DNA from: an uncultured Lachnospiraceae bacterium
Lineage (GTDB): Bacteria; Bacillota; Clostridia; HGM11327
Length of the DNA stretch: 33,496 nucleotides
Direction: 5' to 3'
Assembly (NCBI GenBank): GCA_964403405.1
Contig: CAYOGO010000001.1
Location: forward strand, 1-33,496
In this document: one piece after another, positions 31,808 through 33,496 of the stretch
Layout: every line of letters starts with the position of its first letter
How positions within the stretch are numbered: position 1 is the stretch's first letter
The notes under the pieces: generated by a model
Database searches by the model: none
Seen by the model: the letters and a program-made list of their open reading frames with translations, nothing else
What the model was told of the DNA's origin: nothing
Program-made: the position numbers and the translations under genes

Positions 31808-31836
31808 ATTATATCATACCAAGCACAATTTGTCAA
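31808..31836 (-). promoter_or_regulatory. consensus sigma-A promoter TTGACA-17-TGaTATAAT
   Basis: Minus-strand ggcTTGACAaattgtgcttggtaTGaTATAATaacc. Confidence 0.75.
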
Positions 31837-32134
31837 GCCTCTTGCTTGATTTTGCTCGGGTTGATAACCAGACTGCGAATCGCTATTTTAGCGATACACA
31901 TATATTAAGGTTTTGCGGTGCTAAACATCAACACCGTAAACTCTAATTGTCACACAAGTGTGGGCTTCCCCCCCCCACGAGGAAGCCCCGATATAGAAAT
32001 CACTCAGGCTGATAGGTTCAGCCATAGAAACCCGTGCAAGCTTGTTGCCACACGAGGCAAGGCTACGCCCGTCGTTAGTGACGCTTACTCCACCGCAACT
32101 TGGTACAGGCGATGGTCTGCTATGCAAGTATGTA

Positions 32135-32899
32135 TTACTTGTTCTTGGGAGCGTGGGTCTTGACCTTGTACGCTTCACCGAGGCAGTGAGCAAAGACCGA
32201 CATCATAACGGTCTTAAACTGACGCTCGTTGAGCATTGCGATGGTGCACTTTTCTTTGGTATCCATCTTGGTTACGGCGTCCTGAATAAAGGCGATATCG
32301 TGGTTGTTGCACTTGTAGGCGTTTTTGCCCTCACCGTTATCGACGAAAATCGCCCCGTCGATAATCTCCTGAAGCAACGACACGATCTGGGTGTTACTGT
32401 CAGGTGTTTCACCGTTCTTCTTCTTGTTCGCCGCACTGATGAAGTAATAACTCTTTTTGGCGAGGTCAGACGCCTTGATAGAGTACACATCAGTCTCACG
32501 CAAGGTGAGCAAGGCAAGAAGCTTTGCCGAATTTGACGCCCACGTCTTATCGAGGCGACCAAACTCGCAGAACTTTTCGAGGTCGATACGAGCCTTTTTC
32601 TTTTCGAGGCTCACACCTGTGATGAGATCGGTTTCCTTATCACGGTCTTCCTTGATTTTGAAGACCTCGATATAGAACTGCTTTACTGCGGCGATCATCG
32701 GGTTTTCTGCCTGCATAAACTTGTCGTACTCGACATTGCATACCGACAGATTGAGGGTGGAAACCTTTTCCTTGAGTGCGGACATACCCTTGTTGTACGC
32801 AACGAGGTCACCTTTATGCAATGCCTCGACCACCTCTTTGAGGGTGTCCTGTGCTTCTTTTTCGCATACCGATGCGATTTCTGCAAATGTTTTTGCCAT
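32135..32899 (-). CDS. hypothetical, probably abundant protein (254 aa)
   Basis: ATG (MAKTFAEI) lies 7 nt after AAAGGAG. Codons appear G/C3-rich, like 28498-29225. No domain recognised. Confidence 0.7.
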   Translation of the reverse strand: MAKTFAEIASVCEKEAQDTLKEVVEALHKGDLVAYNKGMSALKEKVSTLNLSVCNVEYDKFMQAENPMIAAVKQFYIEVFKIKEDRDKETDLITGVSLEKKKARIDLEKFCEFGRLDKTWASNSAKLLALLTLRETDVYSIKASDLAKKSYYFISAANKKKNGETPDSNTQIVSLLQEIIDGAIFVDNGEGKNAYKCNNHDIAFIQDAVTKMDTKEKCTIAMLNERQFKTVMMSVFAHCLGEAYKVKTHAPKNK

Positions 32900-32950
32900 A
32901 GTTAAATCTCCTTTGCTGGCATATAGTTTATTTACAGGCATAAGCCCATA

Positions 32951-32984
32951 TTCAAAAGCCCGATACCTTTATCGCATCGGGCTC
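32951..32984 (-). terminator. intrinsic terminator
   Basis: Minus-strand AGCCCGAT-gcgataaaggt-ATCGGGCT followed by TTTTG. Confidence 0.75.
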
Positions 32985-33002
32985 TTTATATATAGGTTTA
33001 TG

Positions 33003-33039
33003 CAAAGAGCCTACCGTATCTCATAACTACGGCAGGCTC
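33003..33039 (-). terminator. intrinsic terminator (tandem with 32951-32984)
   Basis: Minus-strand GAGCCTGCCGTA-gttatgaga-TACGGTAGGCTC (12 bp with one G:U) followed by TTTGC. Confidence 0.65.
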
Positions 33040-33496
33040 GCAAATTTCGTAGTTTTGTGTATCACACTTTCGTCAGTCCTACGACTTGCAACACACCTAA
33101 CAGCCTTTACCTCGTCGAGGCTCGGAACATCATTACTCCTCAAGCCATTTAACGCATACCCCGTCGGAGCATACACAACTTGATTTGTCAAGCAAGGTGT
33201 ATCACAAGTTTTCAAAAAGATTACTTGTGCTTATTGTCAGTTATACAAGCCGTATTTGGGTTTAGACAAATACCCCTTGCCATTTTCACTATCTGACACG
33301 GCGTGGGTCTACTCCCACACGCCTGAAGCGACGCCTTTTTGTATCGTTAAGGTCGTTACTCTTGTAGGCAAGAGTACCCCTTTACCGCTATTGCTCGGTA
33401 AGGTTGAGCATTACAGCAACGCACATATTCCGTCAGCCAAAGGCTGTCCACCCACACCACGAGGAGGCTTGTGCATTATGGGCGTTGGCAAGTTTT

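Noticed and set aside
33027-33215. 62-aa minus-strand ORF near the window end
   Set aside because: It has no SD, overlaps strong hairpins and the tandem terminators, and has unremarkable composition. It is probably non-coding.
1-33496. CRISPR arrays, IS elements or transposase genes, and rRNA
   Set aside because: No short direct repeats with regular spacing were seen. There is no transposase-like ORF or terminal inverted repeats. The only repeats found are the 349-bp duplication, the DGR TR/VR set, the 19-nt motif and the paralogous leaders.

Overview
The window reads as the accessory or early arm of a phage or prophage. All convincing genes lie on the minus strand, are tightly packed or overlapping, and have AGGAG-type ribosome-binding sites typical of Firmicutes. 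Recognisable content, left to right: an HslV-like peptidase, a metallophosphoesterase, two tyrosine-recombinase genes beside a 349-bp tandem duplication, a MazF toxin, and a PRPP-synthetase-like plus nicotinamidase-like pair. An RNA-repair island follows, with a trifunctional Pnkp and a Thg1-like enzyme embedded among tRNAs and long ORF-free structured spacers. Next is a run of small acidic or Cys-rich proteins. A complete diversity-generating retroelement (RT, TR, Avd) has two adenine-mutagenised targets. Further right are an ArdA-like protein, a second retron-like RT preceded by a ~330-nt ORF-free structured region and a phage RNase HI, and directly upstream a Ubl / E2-like? / JAB / minimal-E1 cassette. 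The strongest candidate for something undescribed is 23.5-29.2 kb, where the Ubl-conjugation cassette, RNase HI, candidate ncRNA and retron-like RT appear to form one unit. Other leads are aberrant tRNAs (class-II-like tRNA-Gln, 110-nt tRNA-Tyr-like), large structured ORF-free RNA regions, a 19-nt conserved motif and two paralogous leaders. All calls come from reading motifs by eye; no database search was run.
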